64,000 bases of DNA, from assembly GCA_007695095.1 (NCBI GenBank), contig REEL01000088.1, forward strand, positions 44,551 to 108,550, written 5' to 3'. The notes under the pieces are model-generated. The model searched no databases. It worked only from the letters and a program-made list of their open reading frames with translations, and was not told the origin of the DNA. The position numbers were made by a program, and so were the translations under genes. This document shows, piece after piece, positions 9,205 to 19,400 of this stretch (the first letter of the stretch is position 1; every line of letters begins with the position of its first letter). The stretch is from Chitinophagaceae bacterium. GTDB taxonomy: Bacteria > Bacteroidota > Bacteroidia > Chitinophagales > REEL01.

Positions 9205-9774
9205 TCAGAACATAACTTCGATAAAAATTTCTCTGGGGTTTAGCAGCCATATATTCTGATATCCTTCAAGTGAGTATCCCTTCCCCGGAATAAACTTCAT
9301 TTTCTGAGTTGTTTGATTTAGAAAATTTTCAGAAGCCGTCCGAATCATTAAAGAATCCGGTTTTGAATGAAAATCAGATAAGTAAACTTTCATTTCTTTT
9401 GTAGTAAGGTTTTCCTCTTTTGCCACATAATGTAAAAGTATATTTCCACCGGCAATATTAATTGTATCTATGCTGTATTTTCCAACGTAAGATGGTCTGT
9501 TGATGTCTGCTTCCGTGAAAATAAATAGTTCATTTTCCCAATTATCAATTTGTAAACGTTTAACTTCAACCGATCCGTTTAAACGAATTTCCTTTTCCAC
9601 TTCCGGATTTCTTGTTATTAAGTCTTCAGTTACTTCTTTCATCAAACTTCTTATATCATAATGAGGTAGAGTCGCGTCTTCATCAAAATCACCCTCAGTG
9701 CAACCCGTAAACAGGGTTAAAAGCATTACACTTAAAAGCGAATATTTTAAAAAACTTTTTTTGGTAAGCATCAT
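9205..9774 (-). CDS. Hypothetical lipoprotein
   Basis: 189 aa. Signal peptide with lipobox LTLFTGC. No recognisable domain. Confidence 0.65.
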   Translation of the reverse strand: MMLTKKSFLKYSLLSVMLLTLFTGCTEGDFDEDATLPHYDIRSLMKEVTEDLITRNPEVEKEIRLNGSVEVKRLQIDNWENELFIFTEADINRPSYVGKYSIDTINIAGGNILLHYVAKEENLTTKEMKVYLSDFHSKPDSLMIRTASENFLNQTTQKMKFIPGKGYSLEGYQNIWLLNPREIFIEVMF

Positions 9775-9788
9775 GAGGTTGTATTAAA

Positions 9789-11321
9789 TTATTTTGCGGA
9801 AGTCAGTAATACATCTCCCGTCATTTCTTCAGGCGGTTCAATACCCATACAATACAAAATTGTAGGTGCTATATCACCTAATTTACCGGATTTTAATTTG
9901 TAATTACTGTTATCACTGATAAAAAATATCGGTACCGGGTTCATAGTATGAGCTGTATTCGGGCTTCCGTCTTCATTTTTCATCATATCCGCATTACCAT
10001 GATCAGAAGTTAAAATAACAGCATATTTTTGTTTTAGGGCTTCATGAATTACTTGCTGAACACAATCATCAACTGTTTCAACAGCAGAAACTGCCGCCTC
10101 AAAAACACCTGTATGAGCAACCATATCCGGGTTTGCATAATTCAGGCAGATGAAATCGGGGGTTTTATAGCGCATGAGTTTTATTACATCAACTGTCAAT
10201 GGTTTTGCACTCATTTCAGGCTGTAAGTCATAAGTAGCCACTTTAGGAGAAGGTATGAACAGGCGTTCTTCACCTTTAAAAACTTTCTCTTTACCTCCGG
10301 AAAAAAAGAATGTTACATGAGGATATTTTTCTGTTTCAGCAGCCCGCAATTGAGTCTTATGACTTTTCTCTAAAACTTCTCCCAGAGTATTTTTTAAGGA
10401 AGTGTTATCAAAAAATACTTTTACGTTTGTGAAAGTTTTGTCATAGGGAGTCATGGTAACAAAATTCAAATCTAACTTTTTCATACCCTGCTCTTCAAAA
10501 TCCTCTAAAAATAACGCTCGGCTGATTTGTCTGCAACGATCCGTTCTAAAATTAAAGAAAACTACAGAATCTCCGGAGTTGATTTTTGCTACTTCCTTAT
10601 TATTTTCGGTAATGATAATCGGCTTTAGAAATTCATCGGTTTCATCTTTCTGATAAGCTTCCTGAATAGCAGCTTCTGCATCATTTGCTTGTATACCTTT
10701 TCCATGAACCAGAGCATCATAAGCAATTTTGACTCTTTCCCAGCGATTATCCCTGTCCATGGCATAATATCTGCCGCAGAGTGTTGCCAGTTTTGTTTTT
10801 TTACCTTTCAGAAAAGTCTGCAACTGTCTTAAATATGAAAGTCCGCTTTTAGGATCTGTATCTCTGCCATCAGTAAATGCATGAATGTATATATTCTCAA
10901 TTCCTGATTCTTCAGCAAGCTTAATTAACTCAAACAAATGATTGATGTGTGAGTGCACTCCTCCATCTGATAAAAGACCGGCTAAATGTAAAGAAGTCCC
11001 CTCTCTAAGCGTATCATTTATTAAGTCTTGCCAAACTGCATTTTCCGAAAAAGAGTTATCTATAAAAGCATTTGTGATACGCATTAATTCCTGCGGAACA
11101 ACACGACCGGCGCCAATATTCAAGTGACCAACTTCAGAGTTCCCCATCTGTCCATCAGGTAAACCGACTGATTCACCATGAGTTATCAATTCGGCATTCG
11201 TATAATTTTTATATAAACTATCTACAAAAGGTGTTTTTGCGGCAAACACAGCATTTTCATTCTTATTTTCATTACCTTTTGCCCATCCATCCATGATAAT
11301 CAGGCAGACTTTCTTTTGCAT
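9789..11321 (-). CDS. gpmI: 2,3-bisphosphoglycerate-independent phosphoglycerate mutase
   Basis: 510 aa with MDGWA, NSEVGHLNIGAGR, GLLSDGGVHSH, FTDGRDT, YANPDMVAHTG and TSDHGN. Confidence 0.96.
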   Translation of the reverse strand: MQKKVCLIIMDGWAKGNENKNENAVFAAKTPFVDSLYKNYTNAELITHGESVGLPDGQMGNSEVGHLNIGAGRVVPQELMRITNAFIDNSFSENAVWQDLINDTLREGTSLHLAGLLSDGGVHSHINHLFELIKLAEESGIENIYIHAFTDGRDTDPKSGLSYLRQLQTFLKGKKTKLATLCGRYYAMDRDNRWERVKIAYDALVHGKGIQANDAEAAIQEAYQKDETDEFLKPIIITENNKEVAKINSGDSVVFFNFRTDRCRQISRALFLEDFEEQGMKKLDLNFVTMTPYDKTFTNVKVFFDNTSLKNTLGEVLEKSHKTQLRAAETEKYPHVTFFFSGGKEKVFKGEERLFIPSPKVATYDLQPEMSAKPLTVDVIKLMRYKTPDFICLNYANPDMVAHTGVFEAAVSAVETVDDCVQQVIHEALKQKYAVILTSDHGNADMMKNEDGSPNTAHTMNPVPIFFISDNSNYKLKSGKLGDIAPTILYCMGIEPPEEMTGDVLLTSAK

Positions 11322-11340
11322 TCATTTTCTTTTAGTTTCA

Positions 11341-11348
11341 CAAAATTA
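11341..11348 (-). promoter_or_regulatory. Candidate Bacteroidota -7 box (TAATTTTG) for gpmI
   Basis: The reverse complement of 11341-11348 reads TAATTTTG. This matches the TAnnTTTG consensus and lies 19 nt upstream of the gpmI ATG. Confidence 0.4.
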
Positions 11349-11647
11349 CCAAACCTTTTTTAATTGCTGCTACTTTCGGAGTAATAAAGCATTCTTGAGC
11401 CCGGTTCAGTGAAAAAGGAAGTTTTTACAACTAAAGTTAGTTGCGTTTTAATAGATTTAACTTAAATCAAAGGCTTAATGTACTATAATTTCTTATAAAT
11501 CGCAATAAAAATTGTTGAAATAATATAATATTTAGTTACTTTTTGAAAAACATTCACAGACAATTGATAAATAATCACTTTTTTCTTTCCAAAACTAAAA
11601 AATGATTTAAAAATTTCTAAAACGTTAAAGAGAAAAACTCCTAATCT

Positions 11648-12574
11648 TTAGTCCTTGATACAACGTACAGTTGATCCGTTTGCGCGTTGGCTTGAAAGTA
11701 TAATACCACTGCCACTATTAAATAGTAGAAAACGTGCACTGGTATTGCTAACTGTACTAGTCCAATAGTATCCGTTACTACCTTCACCTCCGAGCAATCC
11801 GGTATTTGGATCACGGTATCCTGCCATAGGCAACTTAAGGGGAGAGTTTATTGCCCCTACAGCGTTTAGACTCACCCAACTATTGCGTTCGGCATTGTAT
11901 TCTGCTTCTGTTGGAACTCTCCAACCTACCGGGCAAGGATTGTTTACCATAGGATTAACATTCCATCGGTTATTGTTATTATCACTGCGCCAATCATTGG
12001 GAGCCGTTGAGGTTAATATAAAATCTGAATGAGGGGGTTGGTCTGTGGTGCTTAAGTTAGTCTGTGTTGAAGAAGTTCTCAACTGATGACCATCATCAGC
12101 CCTTCCCCATTGAAACAAGTCCCCATAGCTATTGGTATCTGTACCGGATGCAGCAACTTGAGAAGCGCCGAGGTTACGATCTAACCAGCAAGTACCATTT
12201 TGTCCTACAACAGTTCCGTAAATCACTGAATTTCCATTATAGATAAATTCAACAGTGGATGTGCCGCATATAAACGTTGTGGCTGTATCACAAGGGTCAT
12301 ACCATACAGTACCAATATACCATTGTAAACACTTATCATCAGAATTATAAATCATTAAGCCTTCCGCCGGGTTCGATATAGCATCTCGTTGAATAGTGGT
12401 CATTCTGGGAGGTAAAAAACCTTTGTTTGTGCTTTCTAAATCTAATATTGAAGATGCATGGGGATTGGTTCCTGTTTCATTGATGCCAACACTTGGTGAC
12501 TGCGCGCTGACAACCAAAAATTCACATGTAAGTAATAAAAAAACACTTACAACTGCTAATAGTATTTTTTTCAT
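11648..12574 (-). CDS. Secreted FISUMP-domain (Fibrobacter succinogenes major paralogous domain) protein with the shared N-terminal module
   Basis: 308 aa. Signal peptide. N-module SSILDLESTNKGFLPPRMTTIQRDAISNPAEGLMIYN. FISUMP hallmarks CWLDRNLGA, LFQWGR, CPVGWRVPT, LPMAGYR, NGYYWTST and TVRCIKD. Confidence 0.85.
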   Translation of the reverse strand: MKKILLAVVSVFLLLTCEFLVVSAQSPSVGINETGTNPHASSILDLESTNKGFLPPRMTTIQRDAISNPAEGLMIYNSDDKCLQWYIGTVWYDPCDTATTFICGTSTVEFIYNGNSVIYGTVVGQNGTCWLDRNLGASQVAASGTDTNSYGDLFQWGRADDGHQLRTSSTQTNLSTTDQPPHSDFILTSTAPNDWRSDNNNNRWNVNPMVNNPCPVGWRVPTEAEYNAERNSWVSLNAVGAINSPLKLPMAGYRDPNTGLLGGEGSNGYYWTSTVSNTSARFLLFNSGSGIILSSQRANGSTVRCIKD

Positions 12575-12836
12575 TTTCTGATTCGTCTAAATTTTATAAA
12601 ATCACCTCTTTATTTAAGGCATAGCAAGTTAAGGAAATATAATTGCTATATAGCTTACAAGTACAAATTTTAAAGCTAAAAGATTAAACAGATAGTTCTA
12701 TAAAGTCAAAACAAACAATAGCTACAATTAAACTTTAATGGCTAATTGGGGGATTATAAAAAACGACAAAATTTAAAAAACACTAATAATCATCGGATAA
12801 TAAAAAGGCCTCAAAGATTATTACTCAGAAAAAACA

Positions 12837-14039
12837 TTATTGAATGACAATTTTATTATTATATACGCCCTTGTCATTAGTAATTGTGAGCAGATAAACC
12901 CCTTTAGAAAAGTCACTTAATTGAATGCTTTTTTCAGCACCGTTTAATTTCATGCTTTTTAACTCTTTTCCATTTATGTCATAAATATTCAAAAAAGAAT
13001 TGACAAAATTTTCTGCACTTTTTATTATCAAATACTCAGTTGCAGGATTAGGATACACATCAATTAAGTTACCTAAAACATTAGTTATAGAGTTAATAGG
13101 GTCTTCTCCTTCTTGAATCTTATACGCTAGAGAAAAAGGCTCAGAAGAAAAGTCTGCCCAGTTTTGTATTTCTAAAGAAGAAAACATAGGTGGCATGTTT
13201 TGAAGTTGCGTTGCCGTAGTAGTTTTTTTCCAACCGTCAACCCCTTGCCATTGAACTATAGCATCAAAATCATTATCAACTGCTTCATCATAAAAAAACA
13301 ATAAACTGACTGCTTGATTTCCTTCAGTTTGATTGATTAAATGATACCAGTCTTCATTCACATAATCTATAACATCATTATCTTTTTGGTTCACATCAAA
13401 ACCATCATCTGTCGGTATGTTATTAACCATTCTAACTTCAAAAGTTGTAAAGTCATTTGAAGAAGGAGTTATTTCAAGTGGACGATAACGTTCAGTTAAA
13501 TCAGAAGAACCAAGCGGAAAATAATAACTATCCATAGATTCCATATTTCTTGAAAACCTGCCGTCTCCAATGCTGCTGACAAATCCTTCATTAGTTATAA
13601 GGCTGTTTACATCTGTGTTTAGCAAATATAACTTGTTTTCCAGTGTTGCAATTTCACGGTCATTTATGTCTAAGATTTGACGTACATAAACATCCTTTTC
13701 CAATGTTTTAATACCTGTACCGGAAAAATGTAAATTATTGAAGGTAGTGATTTCAGTTCCCCCGATAAATTGATCGTCTCCGGAAAATTCAATAATTCCG
13801 GTTGGGACATTAATCAAAGCACTGTCTCCAGAATTATTTATAAAATTTCCGTTAATAGAAATATAATTTTCATTTAGTATGGTTGAATTAGCAGCTAAAT
13901 AAACATCTCCGTGTATATGAATTTTAGTGTTTGAGAAATTTTGTAAATTGGCGTTATTTATAACTACTTGTCCGGTAGTTTTTTCTATTGAAAAAACAAG
14001 CAAAAAGCTGAGAATAATGAGTGAATAGTATGTGCGCAT
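12837..14039 (-). CDS. T9SS type A sorting-domain protein (secreted, beta-helix-like N-terminal region)
   Basis: 400 aa with a signal peptide. The C-terminus VYPNPATEYLIIKS...GVYLLTITNDKGVYNNKIVIQ matches the Por secretion tail pattern. Confidence 0.8.
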   Translation of the reverse strand: MRTYYSLIILSFLLVFSIEKTTGQVVINNANLQNFSNTKIHIHGDVYLAANSTILNENYISINGNFINNSGDSALINVPTGIIEFSGDDQFIGGTEITTFNNLHFSGTGIKTLEKDVYVRQILDINDREIATLENKLYLLNTDVNSLITNEGFVSSIGDGRFSRNMESMDSYYFPLGSSDLTERYRPLEITPSSNDFTTFEVRMVNNIPTDDGFDVNQKDNDVIDYVNEDWYHLINQTEGNQAVSLLFFYDEAVDNDFDAIVQWQGVDGWKKTTTATQLQNMPPMFSSLEIQNWADFSSEPFSLAYKIQEGEDPINSITNVLGNLIDVYPNPATEYLIIKSAENFVNSFLNIYDINGKELKSMKLNGAEKSIQLSDFSKGVYLLTITNDKGVYNNKIVIQ

Positions 14040-14131
14040 GATAAATATTTTTATTTATTACTTAAAGAACAAAGTTAACCTATTTTTATTTTTATCAAAC
14101 TTTTGAGAAATTTTTGGCTGTTTTTTTTTTA

Positions 14132-15733
14132 TTATTTTTTGAGATTATTTTCCTTAAAAACAGCTGCAAATTTTCTACCGGTGATTTTACTTTCTAACCA
14201 TGAGATAAAATCAAAATGTTCCATTACTCTTTGCTGATAAGAGTCTTTAGATAAACTTTCTAGCTCCTTTTTTAAAATTTTGAATTGCTCTTTTATTTCT
14301 TTTTGATTTTGCAAAAATGGAATTTTTTTTCTGATAAAAGTCAAAATTGTCCCCTCTAGCTCATAAAGTCTTTTTCTTTTATACAAAAACCGATATGTTG
14401 AACGCACAAAGTAATCCAGCAAATTTTCATTTCCAATTTCATAATGAAAAATAAGATTAACGACTTTTGTCAAAGCGTGTAAGTCTTCCTGCAGGTATTC
14501 ATGTTCTTCATTTAATACCTTATTTAACCAAAAAATAGCGTCTTCATAGCGTTCTGCTCCAAAATATAAATAAGCAAAATTGTAATGAATGATACAGGAA
14601 ACTGTTTTATTCCCAATCAATAAATGAGATTGCTTTTCCATAACTTCATTGATTTTATCAATTTTCTTTACTCCTTCAGCAAACTCTCCTGTAAGTATAT
14701 ATTGATTTGTTTCAACCATAAAAATACTCTCATTAGTGGCCGCTATTTCACTTTCTGTCATTTCTGCATTTAGCTTATTTTGCAAATGTGACTTTAAATC
14801 TGCCAGGCCGGGTATTATATTATACAACTTGTTTAGTGTTGCGGAAACTTCACTGAAATTTTTTAATTCCTGTAAAAGCAAAACATGATTGTGCAATGAA
14901 GCTATGTACATACGGATATTTTCCTCTATTAAATCTCTTCTGGACTCAATCGCTAAAACTGTTTTTCTACTATACTCATAGCTTTTTTCTATATTACCTG
15001 AGAAACGATAAAAATTACTGTAAGCTGCATAAAAGTAGATTTTTGCTCGATTAGATACCGGTTCTTCTGAAGCAGGTAAAATTAACTGATCTTTAAGTTG
15101 CTCAATTTCAGTACCGGTTCTGGCGATTCCCTGTATAGAACCATAACTTATAGAAAAATGCATGGCACTTTTGCTTTGAGCCAGTTCATCCAAATGGCCG
15201 AGGGCTTTTTTGTAATCAGAAGCTACCTTTTTATGTTGTAAAAGTCTCTTTTCTTTATAAAACAACTTTCCAATAAGTAAACGCTCTGTTTCGTAAATAC
15301 CGGGTAAAACTTCAAACTTCTCTCCTTTAATGGCCTTTTTTTTTGCCTTCAATAAAATTGTATACGCTTGTTTATACAAGCCCTTTTTAAAAAGTATTCT
15401 GGAAGACTGTAAATGCTGAGCAATTTCAATTTCTGAATCGGATGCAAACGCATTCAGAGATTTCAATATCATTTTATAAAGCCTAACTTTTGCTGTTGTC
15501 AACCACTTTTTATCCTTTCTATCTCCAAATTTACTTAATAATTTATGTTCATCGTATTCTTTCATTAAAGAGATTAAGTCAAAAAGCCTTAAGTACACTT
15601 GATCTGTTGACCTGCTGTTTTTCTTTGTAAACACTTTGAAATTGACCTTATCCTGAGGAGACAAAGATTTTACTAAATAATATAAATCTAATGATGGATT
15701 CTTCATCGAACAAGAAGTTTTTAAAACAGCCAA
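14132..15733 (-). CDS. Hypothetical helical-repeat (TPR-like) protein; likely true start is ATG 15706
   Basis: 533 aa, Lys/Leu/Glu-rich, with repeated YxxA/YxEA helical-hairpin patterns (YKQAYTILLKAKK, YEDAIFWLNKVL). The track start is a TTG. No DNA-binding motif recognised. Confidence 0.7.
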   Translation of the reverse strand: MAVLKTSCSMKNPSLDLYYLVKSLSPQDKVNFKVFTKKNSRSTDQVYLRLFDLISLMKEYDEHKLLSKFGDRKDKKWLTTAKVRLYKMILKSLNAFASDSEIEIAQHLQSSRILFKKGLYKQAYTILLKAKKKAIKGEKFEVLPGIYETERLLIGKLFYKEKRLLQHKKVASDYKKALGHLDELAQSKSAMHFSISYGSIQGIARTGTEIEQLKDQLILPASEEPVSNRAKIYFYAAYSNFYRFSGNIEKSYEYSRKTVLAIESRRDLIEENIRMYIASLHNHVLLLQELKNFSEVSATLNKLYNIIPGLADLKSHLQNKLNAEMTESEIAATNESIFMVETNQYILTGEFAEGVKKIDKINEVMEKQSHLLIGNKTVSCIIHYNFAYLYFGAERYEDAIFWLNKVLNEEHEYLQEDLHALTKVVNLIFHYEIGNENLLDYFVRSTYRFLYKRKRLYELEGTILTFIRKKIPFLQNQKEIKEQFKILKKELESLSKDSYQQRVMEHFDFISWLESKITGRKFAAVFKENNLKK

Positions 15734-15943
15734 TATACTAATTTTTACACTGTTTTAAACATTTTAATAAACATTTTTTAATAAAAAATCAAGCTCGCTA
15801 ATGAAGTTATTAGGAAAAATTGGTTTGATTTAAAATTTACATTCAGTTAACTTAGCCTTAGTTAATTTAGATATTTTCTCATTTTGAAGAAATGTATTTA
15901 ATAAGAATTAAATAATCATTTAAATAAAAGCAAAAGAAATTCA

Positions 15944-16393
15944 ATGATAACAAGATTTACACGCTTTTCTTTATTTTTAGTTTTACTTTTCTTAGGTTTT
16001 GTTTTTACGGGAAACACAACTCAACCTTCGGATTGGACAATGTACTATGAAGATGGAAATATACAAATTGATTATAAGAAAGTAGATTGTGATGTACCCT
16101 CAAGTAGTTTTCATAATATTTATAATTACTTACGAGTTGAAAATTTAACTGCATCATCATTAAGTTTAACATTTCATAAACTTACATGGTATAACGGTTC
16201 TTGTAGCAGTTGTATCCCCAATGATGAAAACAAATATACAATTGAGCTCAATCCCGGAGAAATCAAAACAGGGCAGTGTGAAAGAAATCCGGAGAGTAGT
16301 TTGCAAATTTTTCATTCAATGATAAAGCCTGAGAATCATTCTGTTTTGACAAAATTTGAATTAAAAAACATAAAAACAACAGTTACAAACTGA
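15944..16393 (+). CDS. Hypothetical secreted protein
   Basis: 149 aa with a signal peptide (FSLFLVLLFLGFVFTG) and several Cys. It ends 10 nt before the start of the 1320-aa adhesin gene. Confidence 0.6.
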   Translation: MITRFTRFSLFLVLLFLGFVFTGNTTQPSDWTMYYEDGNIQIDYKKVDCDVPSSSFHNIYNYLRVENLTASSLSLTFHKLTWYNGSCSSCIPNDENKYTIELNPGEIKTGQCERNPESSLQIFHSMIKPENHSVLTKFELKNIKTTVTN

Positions 16394-16403
16394 ATAAAAA
16401 TCT

Positions 16404-19400
16404 ATGGATTTCAAAAAAAACATAAAGATATCGTTTTTCATTACGGTGATTTTCTTTTTTCTAAACAGTTCTTCGCTGTTTGCACAGTGTTCTGTTGAGA
16501 TTTTTGCATCATCGGATTCAATAACATGTGGTGACAGTATAGTCCTTACTGCATACGGTAATACCGGTAATTTTGTATTAAATAACGATTTTAATGACGG
16601 GACTGTGGGTACCGGTTGGTCATCTACCTCTTCGGCAATGTTTACCAATCCATGTGGATTTGCTTTAGACAGTGCAACATACTTATGGTTTGGGGATTCA
16701 ACACCTCACCCGCGTTCATTAACTACCGTAGCTCTAGATTTAAGCTTAGGAGGGAATATTTGTTTTGATTTAAAATTTGGAACTCAAGGTGACCCGGATC
16801 CGTGTGAAGGCCCGGACGAGCCCGATGAAGGAGTTATACTTGAATATTCAATTGATGGTGGAAATACCTGGGAACCCATACACTATTTTCATCCGGATGG
16901 TGGTTATAACCCTGTATTAACCCAGTGGAATAACTATTGCTTTAACATCCCCTTTGATGCAATGACTCCGAATACACTTGTGAGATGGGAGCAAATAAGT
17001 ACAAGTGGTGCCGCTTTTGACCATTGGGGATTAAATAATATTGAAATTGTTTTAATTGACCCCGACTACTTCTATGTATGGGATCATGATGGCACATTAG
17101 GCCAGGAAACCAGCATTTTACAACCGATGAATGACACTTCATTTACTGTTTTTTTAACAAATAATATTAACGATACTTGTTCAGCAACTATCAATATTGA
17201 TGTTTCCCCCCCTGAATTTATTACTTCAATTGCACCAACAGATACATCAACTTGTCCGGGAGATTGTGTTGAAATAAATGCATCCGCTGAAATTTTAGTC
17301 AGCCCGGAAAGCCAACCTACATTCACAAATAACTACACTCAAGTTGTCAGTGGGTTTTTTGGAAATCCTGTTACAGAAACTGTTCCAATGGCAGTGGGAG
17401 GATTAAATATGACAACTATAGAGCCCGGTTCTATAGAATCTGTTTGTTTTTATATCCAAAATGCAAATCACCTTACCGTTTCACTTGTTTGTCCTGACGG
17501 GGTAGAATTATTATTGACAGAAAGTGCAACCGGTGGATCTTTTGGCGACTCTACGGGGAATGTAAGTTGCTTTACTTTAGATGCTACTCAAACTATTTCT
17601 CAGGATTCGCCTCATTATACGGGAAATTATTTACCGGATAATAATGGCTCTCTGGATGATTTAGTGGGCTGTAGTGCAGAAGGATTATGGCAGTTACAAG
17701 TGGTATCAACCCATCCATTATTAGGTATACATATGTTAAACAACTGGAGCATTACTTTTAATGACCCTGAAATTATCATTCCGGCACTTTTTCACTGGGA
17801 ACCTACAACTAATATGACCGGTTCTTCAAATCTAACCCCAACAGTGTGCCCAACTCAGGGAACTACTTACACATTGTATGTATATGATGCTCATGGTTGT
17901 GATACCACCAGCTTAGACTTTACGGTTAATATTGACCCAAGTTGTTGTGATATTGAAATCGATGATATAATTGTTGAAGATCCGGCTTGTAATGTAAATG
18001 ACGGAACAATTACGATAAATACCAGTGGTGGTAACGGACCCAATGAATACAGTATAGATAATGGAACAACTTTTCAAAGTAACAATACATTTACCGGTCT
18101 GAGCGCCGGGGTATATGAAGTTTTAGCCCGTGATGCAGATTTATGTTTTACATCTGTAGATACAGTTGTCTTAAACATACCGGATGTTCCTGAAATACAG
18201 TTAAATCAATTGGCTCACACCACTTGTGATTTTGAAAACGGTCTGATTGAAATATCTTCTACAGGCGGTACCGGAAACATAGAATATAGTATAGATTTTG
18301 GCATTACATTTCAAAATGACCCTCTATTTCAAGATTTAAATGCCGGCAATTACATACTTATAGCACAAGATGATGAAAGCTGTCTGTCTGACACATTGCA
18401 AGTTGAAATTTTACCCTCCACATCCCCGGATTTGCAAATTGATGACATTTCTCACCCGACTTGTTTATTAAATGACGGACAAACAATCGTTTCAACAACA
18501 AGTGGAAGCGGTAACGTAGAATACAGCATTGATAATGGAGTCAGTTTTCAATCAAACAATATATTTGATAATTTAGCTCCGGGGAGTTTTGAAATTTTCG
18601 CTATTGATGATGATAATTGCAGCTCTGACACTTTAAGTTTTACATTGAATGCACCTGTTAGCCCTGAAATAGTTGTAGATACACTGATTCAGCCTTCTTG
18701 TGGTTTGAATGACGGAGAAATAAGTGTATTTGCAATAAATGGAACTGAACCTTACAGCTTTTTATGGAGTGATGGACAAAGCTCAAGTATCGTAACAGGT
18801 CTGGGATCCGGAAATCATACCGTGATTGTAACCGATTCTCTTTTTTGTTCAGATACTTTAGACATCAGTCTTACAGACTTTAATCAGCCTGTTGTAAATG
18901 ACATTAATTTAGAAGTAATTGAAACCCCTTGCGGTCTGGCTGAAGGTGAGATTACCGGAATTACAGTAAGCGGCAGCAGTCCATTCTTGTTTGAGTGGGT
19001 AGATAGTTTGGGTAATACTGTTTCTTCGTCTTCAAACAATGCCGATGTGATTGATTTAGAAAAAGGCTTGTACACTCTGTTTATTACTGACGACGAAGGT
19101 TGTGAAACTGTATACGGGCCGGTTCAATTGGAAGATATGGGATTGCCTTTTATAACTGATACAGTCGTTTTACAACCTCAGTCATGTGAAAATCCTGATG
19201 GCTTTATTTCTGTGGATGTTTCCGGTGGAACCGGAGATTACACCTATATTTGGAGTCATGATGCAAATTTAAATGCTCCGCAGGCGGAGAATCTTTCATC
19301 AGGCAGTTACAGTGTTACGATTGAAGATGTCGGAGGGTCTGACTGTTCTGTAGAAAAAACATTTAGCTTATCTAATGCTAATGATGTTGTAATTGAACTT

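Noticed and set aside
16361-16648. Track ORF of 95 aa on the minus strand bridging the 149-aa gene and the adhesin gene
   Set aside because: It is antisense to two supported plus-strand genes and their 10-nt junction, and has no features of its own.
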